From a virus (taxonomy: Duplodnaviria > Caudoviricetes): a DNA stretch of 54,754 nucleotides. The position numbers and the translations under genes were made by a program. The notes beneath the pieces were generated by a model. That model was not told the origin of the DNA. It saw only the letters and a program-made list of their open reading frames with translations, and did no database searches. Each line of letters begins with the position of its first letter. Positions within the stretch are counted from its first letter, which is position 1. The stretch lies in IMG/VR virus record IMGVR_UViG_3300024279_000003, positions 1 to 54,754 of that record. The stretch is one strand, 5' to 3'. Positions 1 through 8,586 of the stretch are shown here, piece after piece.

Positions 1-127
1 ATATATCTGCACCTACACCAGTTAATCCTTCTAAACCTTACGAATATGGTTCAATCTCTAATTGTCCTGAAGAAGTTCAGGAGTATTGTGAAAAGATACA
101 CGATTCACTAACCATTGAACAATTAAG
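1..127. repeat. Exact 127-bp terminal direct repeat (copy at 54628-54754); circular assembly overlap
   Basis: Bases 1-127 are identical to 54628-54754. 127 is a common assembler k-mer size, and an ORF reads through the junction. Confidence 0.95.
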
Positions 128-284
128 GAGTCTAAGTGACTACTTCTCGCAAAAAGCAAACAAACTCAGAGAACTCGCAGATAAGAGTGTTACAATCGAA
201 GATTTTGAATCAGCAAAAAAAGAGGAGGCTGACGAAGATGATGAAGTGGGTGAAGGAGCAGAAAAGGGTTACTCACAATCTTGA
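1..284 (+). CDS. Junction-spanning hypothetical acidic protein, 95 aa (ATG at 54624, MNISAPTPVNPSKPYEY...GAEKGYSQS)
   Basis: The frame is open from ATG 54624 across the circular junction to TGA 282-284, which overlaps the TTG start of the next ORF. It is absent from the ORF track. Confidence 0.75.
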   Translation, partial: ISAPTPVNPSKPYEYGSISNCPEEVQEYCEKIHDSLTIEQLRSLSDYFSQKANKLRELADKSVTIEDFESAKKEEADEDDEVGEGAEKGYSQS

Positions 285-469
285 AAACGCACTTAAAGAA
301 TATACTGATTTTCATGCTGCTGGTTATGATGGTTACTAGCTGTCATTTACCCAAAGAAGAATGGAATCCATTCTATCATTCTGCACCAGTTCCGGGATAT
401 GACCCAACAACAGGAACAATAACTAATAATGCGTATCTTGATTTTTCTAATACTAATAATATTCATTAA
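281..469 (+). CDS. Small putative lipoprotein
   Basis: Basic N-terminus and a hydrophobic stretch ending VTSC (lipobox-like); TTGA coupling to the upstream gene. Confidence 0.5.
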   Translation: MKTHLKNILIFMLLVMMVTSCHLPKEEWNPFYHSAPVPGYDPTTGTITNNAYLDFSNTNNIH

Positions 470-556
470 TGGATGCACTATTCCTGTTGTAGGAAATTCT
501 CCTGAAGAAGTGAAACATCGTAATAGCACAGATATGCCTAAAGATTGGAGTCAACC

Positions 557-724
557 ATGAAGAAATTTAATCAATTCTCTAAGAAGAAGTTTGATAGTGG
601 GCCAATGTCCATCATTAATAAAGAATTGAAAGCTGCTGGTCATCCTCCTATACCATATCCAGCTAATCCATCTATGCAAGCTGCTCTATCATCTAATAAA
701 CCCAGTAGAAAGGCAAAGCTTTAA
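557..724 (+). CDS. Small basic hypothetical protein, 55 aa (MKKFNQFSKKKFDSGP...)
   Basis: ATG 557 to TAA 722-724, overlapping the next ATG (TAATG coupling). Confidence 0.55.
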   Translation: MKKFNQFSKKKFDSGPMSIINKELKAAGHPPIPYPANPSMQAALSSNKPSRKAKL

Positions 725-1161
725 TGCACGCTCTTATTCCAGTTAAAAATTCTAGTTTTGCATTAGTTGATGTAGAGGATTTAGATAGAGTTATAGGTGA
801 TAAGTTTTATTTACATAATGGTTATCCTGCTACTAAAAGATGTAATAGGAGAAGATTATTACATCATATTTTAGGCTTTAAGGGGCAAGACCATATAAAT
901 AGAAATAGACTAGATAATAGAAGGGAGAATTTCAGACCAGCAACATTTGACCAGCAAACTTATAATAGAAATACTCGATGTGATAATACTACAGGAACTA
1001 CTGGAGTTCTATATCATTCTAGAAATAAAGTTTGGACTGCTTGCATTGGTTATCAGCGTAAATTAATCCATATAGGAACATTTAAAACAAAAGAAGAAGC
1101 AATTCAAGCTAGATTAATAAAAGCTAAAGAATTGTTTGGAGATTTTACACCTCATGAATGA
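724..1161 (+). CDS. HNH-AP2 homing endonuclease
   Basis: ALVDVEDL N-terminus, DHINRNRLDNRRENFR HNH core, and an AP2-like C-terminus (W.A.I...HIGTFKTKEEAIQAR). Confidence 0.9.
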   Translation: MHALIPVKNSSFALVDVEDLDRVIGDKFYLHNGYPATKRCNRRRLLHHILGFKGQDHINRNRLDNRRENFRPATFDQQTYNRNTRCDNTTGTTGVLYHSRNKVWTACIGYQRKLIHIGTFKTKEEAIQARLIKAKELFGDFTPHE

Positions 1162-3193
1162 AAATTATATTGGACCTGGAGAAGCACAACAACCGGGAAG
1201 TATCAATACTTCTGCGGGACTTCAAGATTTACCTCCATCATTAACAGGTAAACCTGCACCACCTCCAGGTTCAGATACAGAGCAAGAGAAGATGTTTGAT
1301 TTCTCAACTGCATATGTGCATTTGAAGAGAATCATTGATGATTGGAATACAGAAGTAGAAGATACAGAGGTTCGCCGCAAAACGAGAAAAGTTGAGTTAG
1401 ATGTCGAAGGTTTACGTCAGAAAGGTGATTTGGATGAGGACGAAACTATAGTTCCTGTTCGCACCATTGATGTTAACATTCAGAGAGAATTACCAGCTTA
1501 CGTTAACTATCTTAAGAATAGCAGGAGAATTTGCACCTTCTTCTGTTTGTCTGACCCAGGACGTGACCCACAGCATATTGAATCTGATTATGCTAGAGGG
1601 ATGACATATACAGCATGGGAAAAACCACATTTCAAAGAGATTGATGGCTCTGCAACTCATGGATGGGCTGCTGTCGAAGTTGTATTTGATTCCTCAAAAC
1701 CTCTTAATTGCTCTCTTGAATACGTTGCACATGATAAACTCTATTGGGGAAGAACAGTAGAGAACTTTCAAGATGCGCCGCGAATCATTCGTGCATATGA
1801 CGTAACAGTAACCAAACTTAGAGAGTGGACTAAGACATTTGGATTTGACCCTACACAAGTTGAGAATCTTCTTCGTCCTCGCAAAGATACACAGAAAGAG
1901 AATGAAACTGCACGTATCTATAAGGTTTACCTTAAGAAAGAGGGTGTAGTTTATGTAGCTTGGTTTGCAACTACAGACCTTGTAACTGATTGGCTTAAAG
2001 CTCCAACTCAACATTATGTTGGTATAAAGCATAAAGTTCAAGTTCCTACACAGGTTCCTCAACCTGATATGCCAGTGCAAACTCCACAAGGTATTGCAAT
2101 GATTCCTCAACCTCCTCAAACTATAATGCAGGAGCAATGGCAAGAATCACCATTAATGCAATATCCTATCTTTATTCTTCCATATCGTGAATCTGAAGAG
2201 CCTAAAGAAGTTGATAAGAAGGGTCGTTGTTTCTATGATGAACCTAAACAAGAATCTCAAACTGCCATTCTTTCTGGGTATATTAATGGTCTTACTCGTG
2301 CTTCAAATATTTATGCTTCTCCTGCTCAAGAAGATGGGACTGGAGCAGCCTTAAAGGAAATCGAAGATGTAATTCTGCGCGGCGGCAGATTTATGTCTAA
2401 GCCAGTTAACTTTTGGAATCCTCCATATCCACCTCCAGAGACTATTAAAGCTTTGGAATACATGGATGCAAACAATTCTGAGGAAACAAATCAAGTTAAC
2501 TTTGCTACTCTAAATAGAGAAGATTCTCGCAAAACAGCAAGAGAAATAAGTGCTGCACAACAGCAACAACAGATATTGAACAGTGTTCAGTTAACTCTGT
2601 ATAGCACACATATTCGTGAAGTTTACTCTTTTGCTTGGCTTATTGTTCAGAGTCAAGCTCTTCAAGGTGAGATTAGGTTCATGCTTATTCCTAATCCACA
2701 ATTTAATCAACAGATGCCTGAAGGTCCTCAGAATCTTAAATTGATTAATGATGAAGATACAATCTCACAAACATGGGAACTTAGGGCTGCTGGTGATGTT
2801 GATGTTGTTCAACGTGCAGAAAAGATTCAACAGATGAAACAGGATTGGCCTGTTATAGCTAATACACCATTAGCCATGAGATTTCTTGCAGATTTGCTTA
2901 AGCTTGAATATCCTGATACTGGCGAACAGTATGCTGATATAGTTATGCAAGCAGATGCTATGCAACAAATGAAAGGATTGCTTGGTGGTCTTGCTCATAT
3001 CATGACTGCTATGATACAGGAGAATCCTCAAATGATTAGAAAGGAACCTCCTCAGAATCAACAGCAATTAGCTCAAATGTTACAGCAAGCTGCACAATTA
3101 TCAGGAGTTCCTGCGCCAAATAGTAACGGTAAACCTCCACAACAACAGTCTCCTCAGCAGCAACAACCTCAAGTAGCAGCTAATCCATCATAA
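1154..3193 (+). CDS. Portal protein (start probably ATG 1154; ORF track gives 1136)
   Basis: About 680 aa, lying after the terminase and before scaffold and capsid; KTAREISAAQQQ (TAxE-like) portal motif; Q/P-rich C-terminal tail. Confidence 0.8.
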   Translation: MNENYIGPGEAQQPGSINTSAGLQDLPPSLTGKPAPPPGSDTEQEKMFDFSTAYVHLKRIIDDWNTEVEDTEVRRKTRKVELDVEGLRQKGDLDEDETIVPVRTIDVNIQRELPAYVNYLKNSRRICTFFCLSDPGRDPQHIESDYARGMTYTAWEKPHFKEIDGSATHGWAAVEVVFDSSKPLNCSLEYVAHDKLYWGRTVENFQDAPRIIRAYDVTVTKLREWTKTFGFDPTQVENLLRPRKDTQKENETARIYKVYLKKEGVVYVAWFATTDLVTDWLKAPTQHYVGIKHKVQVPTQVPQPDMPVQTPQGIAMIPQPPQTIMQEQWQESPLMQYPIFILPYRESEEPKEVDKKGRCFYDEPKQESQTAILSGYINGLTRASNIYASPAQEDGTGAALKEIEDVILRGGRFMSKPVNFWNPPYPPPETIKALEYMDANNSEETNQVNFATLNREDSRKTAREISAAQQQQQILNSVQLTLYSTHIREVYSFAWLIVQSQALQGEIRFMLIPNPQFNQQMPEGPQNLKLINDEDTISQTWELRAAGDVDVVQRAEKIQQMKQDWPVIANTPLAMRFLADLLKLEYPDTGEQYADIVMQADAMQQMKGLLGGLAHIMTAMIQENPQMIRKEPPQNQQQLAQMLQQAAQLSGVPAPNSNGKPPQQQSPQQQQPQVAANPS

Positions 3194-3199
3194 CACGCT

Positions 3200-3646
3200 A
3201 TGAAGCTTATTCCATTATTTAATAGCATAAGTCAGTTTGCTAAGGTTGATGACGAAGATTATATAAGAGTAATGGATTTATGGCCTTGGAAATTGCTTAA
3301 TAGATATGCTGCTAAAAATCTTTCTGGAAGAATTCTTTATATGCATCATTTCATAATGAGGACCACTTCTAGAAGTCATTTATGGGACCATAAGGATAGA
3401 GATAGACTTAATTACCAAAAAGAAAATTTAATCTCTTCTTGTCAGCAAAAGAATTGTATAAATACTTCTTTAAGCCCTAATAATACTTCAGGAGAAAAAC
3501 ATATTCATTGGCATTCTCAATCAGATAAATGGAGAGTAGAAATTAAGAGAGGGAATAAAAGAATGTTTGGTGGAACATTTTCTACAATTGAAGAGGCTAT
3601 TGAAACTAGAAATAATCTATTAAGTCAACTTAGTATAACAACATAA
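3200..3646 (+). CDS. HNH-AP2 homing endonuclease
   Basis: AKVDDEDY, DHKDRDRLNYQKENL, NNTSG..HIHW, GTFSTIEEAIETRN; paralog of 724..1161. Confidence 0.85.
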   Translation: MKLIPLFNSISQFAKVDDEDYIRVMDLWPWKLLNRYAAKNLSGRILYMHHFIMRTTSRSHLWDHKDRDRLNYQKENLISSCQQKNCINTSLSPNNTSGEKHIHWHSQSDKWRVEIKRGNKRMFGGTFSTIEEAIETRNNLLSQLSITT

Positions 3647-3653
3647 ACACGCC

Positions 3654-4007
3654 ATGGCTAACATCGGAAAGATATACTCAGAAGCAATATCTCTTACTCC
3701 AAAAGAAAGAGAAGATAAAGGATTTAAGCCCCGTGATGAAGTTAATCCTAATCCGGATGGCTATTCACCAGCAGAAGATGCTGCAACTGCTCAAGAGAAG
3801 ATAACATGGTTACAATCACCGATAACAGCTTCTCTTCTAAAAGATTTGGGTCATCAATGTGATGATGCCATTAATGATGCTATCAAGTTAGCTGTTGGGT
3901 ATTCCTCCCATCAGAACCCTTATCGTATCATTCAACTGTTAAATAAAGCTCACGAACTAAAACAAATAATACACCATTATGGCCGAACAACACGCAATTC
4001 CCACTAA
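3654..4007 (+). CDS. Hypothetical head-module protein
   Basis: 117-aa ORF between portal and scaffold with an AACACGCC leader. Confidence 0.6.
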   Translation: MANIGKIYSEAISLTPKEREDKGFKPRDEVNPNPDGYSPAEDAATAQEKITWLQSPITASLLKDLGHQCDDAINDAIKLAVGYSSHQNPYRIIQLLNKAHELKQIIHHYGRTTRNSH

Positions 4008-5298
4008 AGCTTCTCAACCAAAAGTAGACGATGGAATGGAAATTTCTCCAGATGGAGGAATTATAACTTCCTTAGCTGCTCCATCTAGTGCACGTAGACT
4101 TGCGCCAGCTAAGGAAGCTTCTACAATGGCTGAAGCTCCTACTGTGGATGAAACTGGTAATGAAGTAACTACAGAGAAACCTGCTGAAGAGGTTAAGCCT
4201 GTAGTAGAACAGGAAGCGCCAGCAGTTGAAGAAACACCTATTGAAAAAGTAGCTGACTTTACAGATTTCCTGAAAATTAAAGAAACAGGAGAACTAACTG
4301 ATGAGATTCAGAAAACAAAGTTGGCTGAAGAAGATAAAAGCAAAGTTTCCGAAGAAGATAAAGCTAAGCAAGATAAAGCTAAAGAGGTTGCCCCGAAAAC
4401 GGTTTTAGACAAAACTGTTGCTCAACGAGATTATTCTGACCTCGACCAAGAACTTGCTCCATTGTTTAAGACAATGAGCAATGATTCGTTCAATAAGCTT
4501 AAACCAATTATTCTAGAACATAAGAAGCTTAAAGAGCAAGTTGCATCTCAAACTCCTGAAATTGAGAGACTTCGCAAAGGTGCAATACCAGATTCCTATT
4601 ACGATAATCCTTCTGGATTTGTATTGGACCCTGAATATCAGAAAGCAGAAATGAGTGTTTCACAAGCTCAATCTGTGTTACATCATTGGCAACAACAGTT
4701 CAAAGCTGTAAGAGATGGGGCCGCAGAGTTTACACTTGCGCAGTTTGATAATAATGGGAATCTTGTTCCTGTTCAAAAAGTAGCTGCTGGTAAGGATGCT
4801 GAAATTCAAATAATGCAAGTTGTGAATAATGCTCAACAGCAATTATTCAAAGTTGCAGGTAAAGCTGAAGCTATTAGAGAAACATTCAAAGCTAGACACT
4901 CTAATGCACTTGGATGGCTTAACAACTATGAGAATAAAGCATTTCAAATCTTCAATACTGAACAGGGAAAACAATTTGAACCACAGTTGAAATCTATACT
5001 TGATGAATTCCCTGCTGAGTTTAAAGGTCATCCATTAGCTAAAGTTCTTGCAAAATCTATTGCAACCAATGTTCATCTTGCAACTTTACTCGTTCAGAAT
5101 GCACCTAAACCGGGAACTACAACTCCAGCTGCTACGACAACTAAAACTGTAAACGGAAAACCATCTACAGCTAAAGAGCAACAACGTAGAGCAGGACCAA
5201 CTGTAGCTGATACTGGAGCACCTTCAAGAGCATCTGCGGTAGATGATAAGAATGATGTATCATTTGATGACTTCCAACGTGTAAAGGAGGAGTCATAG
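3979..5298 (+). CDS. Putative capsid scaffolding protein
   Basis: Acidic disordered N-terminus, coiled-coil middle, P/T-rich C-terminus; lies upstream of the capsid gene. Confidence 0.65.
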   Translation: MAEQHAIPTKASQPKVDDGMEISPDGGIITSLAAPSSARRLAPAKEASTMAEAPTVDETGNEVTTEKPAEEVKPVVEQEAPAVEETPIEKVADFTDFLKIKETGELTDEIQKTKLAEEDKSKVSEEDKAKQDKAKEVAPKTVLDKTVAQRDYSDLDQELAPLFKTMSNDSFNKLKPIILEHKKLKEQVASQTPEIERLRKGAIPDSYYDNPSGFVLDPEYQKAEMSVSQAQSVLHHWQQQFKAVRDGAAEFTLAQFDNNGNLVPVQKVAAGKDAEIQIMQVVNNAQQQLFKVAGKAEAIRETFKARHSNALGWLNNYENKAFQIFNTEQGKQFEPQLKSILDEFPAEFKGHPLAKVLAKSIATNVHLATLLVQNAPKPGTTTPAATTTKTVNGKPSTAKEQQRRAGPTVADTGAPSRASAVDDKNDVSFDDFQRVKEES

Positions 5299-5299
5299 T

Positions 5300-5911
5300 A
5301 TGTATTTAGTTTTCGATACTGAAACTTCGGATTTGCCTGATTTCAAGGCACCAAATCCTGGAATGTCTAGAGCTAGAGTATTGCAGATGGGTGCTTTACT
5401 TCTAACTCCAGAATTTGATGAAGTAGCATCATTCTCATCTCTGATAAAGATTCCACCTGAAGTTGAGATAGCTCCTGGAGCATATAATGCACATCATATA
5501 TCATTTGAGATGTGTCAGCAGTATGGCATACCTATCGAAGCAGCTTTAGCTATCTTTGATGAGTTCGCTAAACTTGCTGATTATGTTGTGGCTCACAATC
5601 TAAAGTTTGATACATATCTACTATCAACTGAGATGATTGTATCTGGAAGAGCACTTTATAATATTTCTCATGGTTCCTCTGGAATCTGCACTATGCTAGC
5701 TGCTACAAATGCTTGTGGTCTTAAGCAAAAGACTGACCCAAATAAGAAAAAATGGCCTAAGCTTGAAGAAGCTGCAAAGATACTTCTAGGTATTGAGATG
5801 ACAAATGCTCATGATGCATTATATGACGTTAGAATTACAGGTCAAGTGCTTCGTTGGCTACTTTTAAATAATCATATCTCATTACCTGCTAAAGTAGCTT
5901 CTCAAGGTTGA
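5300..5911 (+). CDS. DEDDh 3'-5' exonuclease (DnaQ-like)
   Basis: VFDTETS (ExoI), VAHNLKFD (ExoII), CTM, AHDALYDV (ExoIII). Confidence 0.9.
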   Translation: MYLVFDTETSDLPDFKAPNPGMSRARVLQMGALLLTPEFDEVASFSSLIKIPPEVEIAPGAYNAHHISFEMCQQYGIPIEAALAIFDEFAKLADYVVAHNLKFDTYLLSTEMIVSGRALYNISHGSSGICTMLAATNACGLKQKTDPNKKKWPKLEEAAKILLGIEMTNAHDALYDVRITGQVLRWLLLNNHISLPAKVASQG

Positions 5912-5917
5912 GATAGT

Positions 5918-5934
5918 TTGGCATACTTCCTGCT
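5918..5934 (+). promoter_or_regulatory. sigma54 (-24/-12) promoter upstream of the major capsid gene
   Basis: TTGGCATACTTCCTGCT, with GG-N10-GC spacing, in an intergenic gap. Confidence 0.75.
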
Positions 5935-6066
5935 TTCTGTAGTGCTAGCTTCTACGTGCTTTGAGCTAGCACACAGGCTTCTATTCAGTTCTTCCGAGCC
6001 TAGAACAAACGCTGCGGTATCGTAATCTACCGTATAACTGTCTGTTTTAGATTAACACTAAAATAT

Positions 6067-7365
6067 ATGCCTTTAGCACAAATTCCAGCTATAGATGCAA
6101 ATATTTGCTCTGGCTGGACTGAACAAGACGTTAACTTGTATAATAGGTTAGATTTTTATCTAGCCAAAATGCAAGTTGACCGCCGCAAAACTTGGGTAAC
6201 TTGGCAGCGCTTCTTAGGTAAGAAGAAATGGACTCCTAATATGGGTCCAACTATGAGAAGCGTTACAAAAGAACCTTCTCCGCACATTCGTCAGTTTGCC
6301 TTTCCTGCTGAAATCTCAGCTGCTCCAAAGAAAGATGTGATGGATGTTAGGGAACGTCGAGTTGATGAGTTAGTTTATCGTCATCGATTCGAATCAAATG
6401 TTCTTAACTTCGTTCCTTCATTTCGTGACTTCCTCACTGACCATGTTGATGCATGTGGTAAGGATATTATGGAAAAGATGGAACGATTCGAAGATATCTT
6501 CACTCGTGGACGTATCTTTCATCGTTCACCTTTCGTGTGGATTACTGATTCTCAAGCTGCTGCTGGTGAACTTACAGCTGCACCTATTGGTATCGGTAAT
6601 GCTGCTGGTAATGGAGATGGTAAGACAACTGCATTCAATCAACAAGCTGTAGCTCAAATTGGTGGTCGAGGATATCTTTCCTTTGAATCATTAAACAAGC
6701 TTCTGACTGCTGCTGAAACTGACCAACGTATTCCTCCATTCTCAGGTTCAGGTCTCCCTAAAGGAGAAGATGGAATGAGTGATAAGTATGTTCTTGTCAC
6801 TGGCGGTGAAGCATTCAATCAATTCACATTTGACCCTTGGTTGCTTGCTAACAAAAACTGTGCTCTTGATGTAGTTAATGGACGATTCAAGGGTTCATTG
6901 TTTGGACGTATCACTTGTATTCTAGAGGATAAGCCTCTATATATGCGTGCTGATGGAACATTTGCTGCACCTGAAGTGCGTGAATTGGACCCTGCTGCAT
7001 ATAATGCTGGTGAATCAATTCCAAATACACTTTACACTTATCTTGATGTTGCCGCAGGTTCTCCCTATGGTGTAGCATTTTTTGTAGGTGCTGAAGGTTA
7101 TGAGCAAATTCAAGTTGGACCACCTCCTGCTGCGTTTGCTGGTAATGGTATGCCTAAAGGCTTCGGTAAGATGTTCTGGAATGGTGAAGTTGAAATCACT
7201 AAGAACTTCCTTATCCCTTGCTATGATGATGCAGGTAATCTATTCTGGGAAACTAACCAGTATGGTGAATATCTGAAGTTCATCTCGCAATGCACCTACG
7301 GGAATCTTGCAAAGCAACCTCGCTATGTAATTCCCATTTACTACAAACGGAAGAGGGGTCAATAA
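6067..7365 (+). CDS. Major capsid protein
   Basis: 432 aa, follows the scaffold, has its own promoter and a long leader. Called mainly from position and size. Confidence 0.75.
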   Translation: MPLAQIPAIDANICSGWTEQDVNLYNRLDFYLAKMQVDRRKTWVTWQRFLGKKKWTPNMGPTMRSVTKEPSPHIRQFAFPAEISAAPKKDVMDVRERRVDELVYRHRFESNVLNFVPSFRDFLTDHVDACGKDIMEKMERFEDIFTRGRIFHRSPFVWITDSQAAAGELTAAPIGIGNAAGNGDGKTTAFNQQAVAQIGGRGYLSFESLNKLLTAAETDQRIPPFSGSGLPKGEDGMSDKYVLVTGGEAFNQFTFDPWLLANKNCALDVVNGRFKGSLFGRITCILEDKPLYMRADGTFAAPEVRELDPAAYNAGESIPNTLYTYLDVAAGSPYGVAFFVGAEGYEQIQVGPPPAAFAGNGMPKGFGKMFWNGEVEITKNFLIPCYDDAGNLFWETNQYGEYLKFISQCTYGNLAKQPRYVIPIYYKRKRGQ

Positions 7366-7407
7366 TTCTGAGTTGGATAACAAATTAACCAATAAGGAAT
7401 AACTAAT

Positions 7408-7917
7408 ATGAAATTCTTCCAAAAACTGTCTCTCGTTGTTGTAACATCTCTTGCTCTTTGTGCTACTACACAAGCAGCCGTGATTGCAACAAATCTTCCC
7501 TCAAATGGTGTATACCAGTTGACCACAAATCGTGCTAGTGTTTATAGTGTTGAAGTAACTTCCTCTGGAAGTGCACTATTGGCATTCTATGATAGTGGTT
7601 CTCTTGCTGCACCATTCTACGGAACAAACTACACCAATGCAGCCTATACAAATCGAGTAACGTATTCCACAAATTACGTTTACTCTTTTGTAGGTTACAA
7701 CGGATTCACTAACTGGTATACTAACTCTGGCGTTTGGACTATTAATGTGTCCAATCCAGCTAACACCAATGTTCTTCCTGTAATGTTTGGCGCTGTTGTA
7801 GCAGGTGGAACATATGCTGTGTATAATACTGATGCATTGTTTGCAAATGGTATCACAGTAGGTTGCACTGGAACAAACGTAGCCATTGTTGTTAATTATC
7901 GTTCGGCTGGACCGTAG
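7408..7917 (+). CDS. Signal-peptide-bearing Thr-Asn-rich protein (possible decoration or exported protein)
   Basis: Sec-type signal MKFFQKLSLVVVTSLALCATTQA; 10 TN dipeptides; directly after the capsid gene. Confidence 0.75.
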   Translation: MKFFQKLSLVVVTSLALCATTQAAVIATNLPSNGVYQLTTNRASVYSVEVTSSGSALLAFYDSGSLAAPFYGTNYTNAAYTNRVTYSTNYVYSFVGYNGFTNWYTNSGVWTINVSNPANTNVLPVMFGAVVAGGTYAVYNTDALFANGITVGCTGTNVAIVVNYRSAGP

Positions 7918-7938
7918 TTCAGTTTGAATGATGCCTAT

Positions 7939-7981
7939 GGGTGCTGTTACATATTATAGCGTGTTTTATGTAGCAGCACCC
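7939..7981 (+). terminator. Stem-loop after the capsid operon's first two genes (attenuator or terminator)
   Basis: GGGTGCTGTTACAT...ATGTAGCAGCACCC forms a 14-bp stem with a G-U pair on the + strand; the U-tail is weak. Confidence 0.55.
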
Positions 7982-7992
7982 TATTTAATAAA

Positions 7993-8586
7993 ATGAAAAA
8001 TTTATCTAAATATACTGTTGCGGGTTTACTGATAATCTGTTTTGCGGTGCTAATTTTACCTGCACAACCTCGATTTTCTCCGTTAAGCGGTCCATCTACT
8101 TATCCATTAATCTCACCTACGACGATTAATAATCTGTTCACCAACACTACCGTATATTTTGATACATTCAACTCTACAACCATCAACTCAATTTCCAACT
8201 TTACTCAGAATATCTCGGTTAGTGGTAAGGCTACCTTTAATCAAATAACTGTAACAAATCAGTTACAGTTCACTACCAATAAATTTCCTCTATCTGCTGG
8301 AACAACTTGGAATTTCACCAAAACCTATCAGAACATCATAACCAACAACGATTGGCAGATTACAGCTATAGCAGGATTGACTAATTATCTTATCAATTGG
8401 AGTGTTGTTGAATGGAGTAATAGTGATTCTGCTACACACTTCTGTGATTTATCAACTATACCTTGGCATGTTATTGGACAGAGTTCTACTAACAAGGTAT
8501 ATCTTGGTGCTGGCAAAGTTGCATTTATGTCAGCCTTAATTCGTGGAGTAGCCTCTTCTAATCTAACCACTGGTGTTGAACAATGA
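7993..8586 (+). CDS. Exported Thr/Asn-rich beta protein
   Basis: N-terminal signal peptide; T/N-rich sequence. Confidence 0.7.
   Translation: MKNLSKYTVAGLLIICFAVLILPAQPRFSPLSGPSTYPLISPTTINNLFTNTTVYFDTFNSTTINSISNFTQNISVSGKATFNQITVTNQLQFTTNKFPLSAGTTWNFTKTYQNIITNNDWQITAIAGLTNYLINWSVVEWSNSDSATHFCDLSTIPWHVIGQSSTNKVYLGAGKVAFMSALIRGVASSNLTTGVEQ

Noticed and set aside
136-339. ORF-track 67-aa ORF and the many short antisense or nested ORFs (e.g. 1694..2143, 24114..24545, 30681..31091, 51128..51403)
   Set aside because: They are shadows of longer, motif-bearing genes or of structured non-coding DNA. The junction-spanning frame explains bases 1-284 better.
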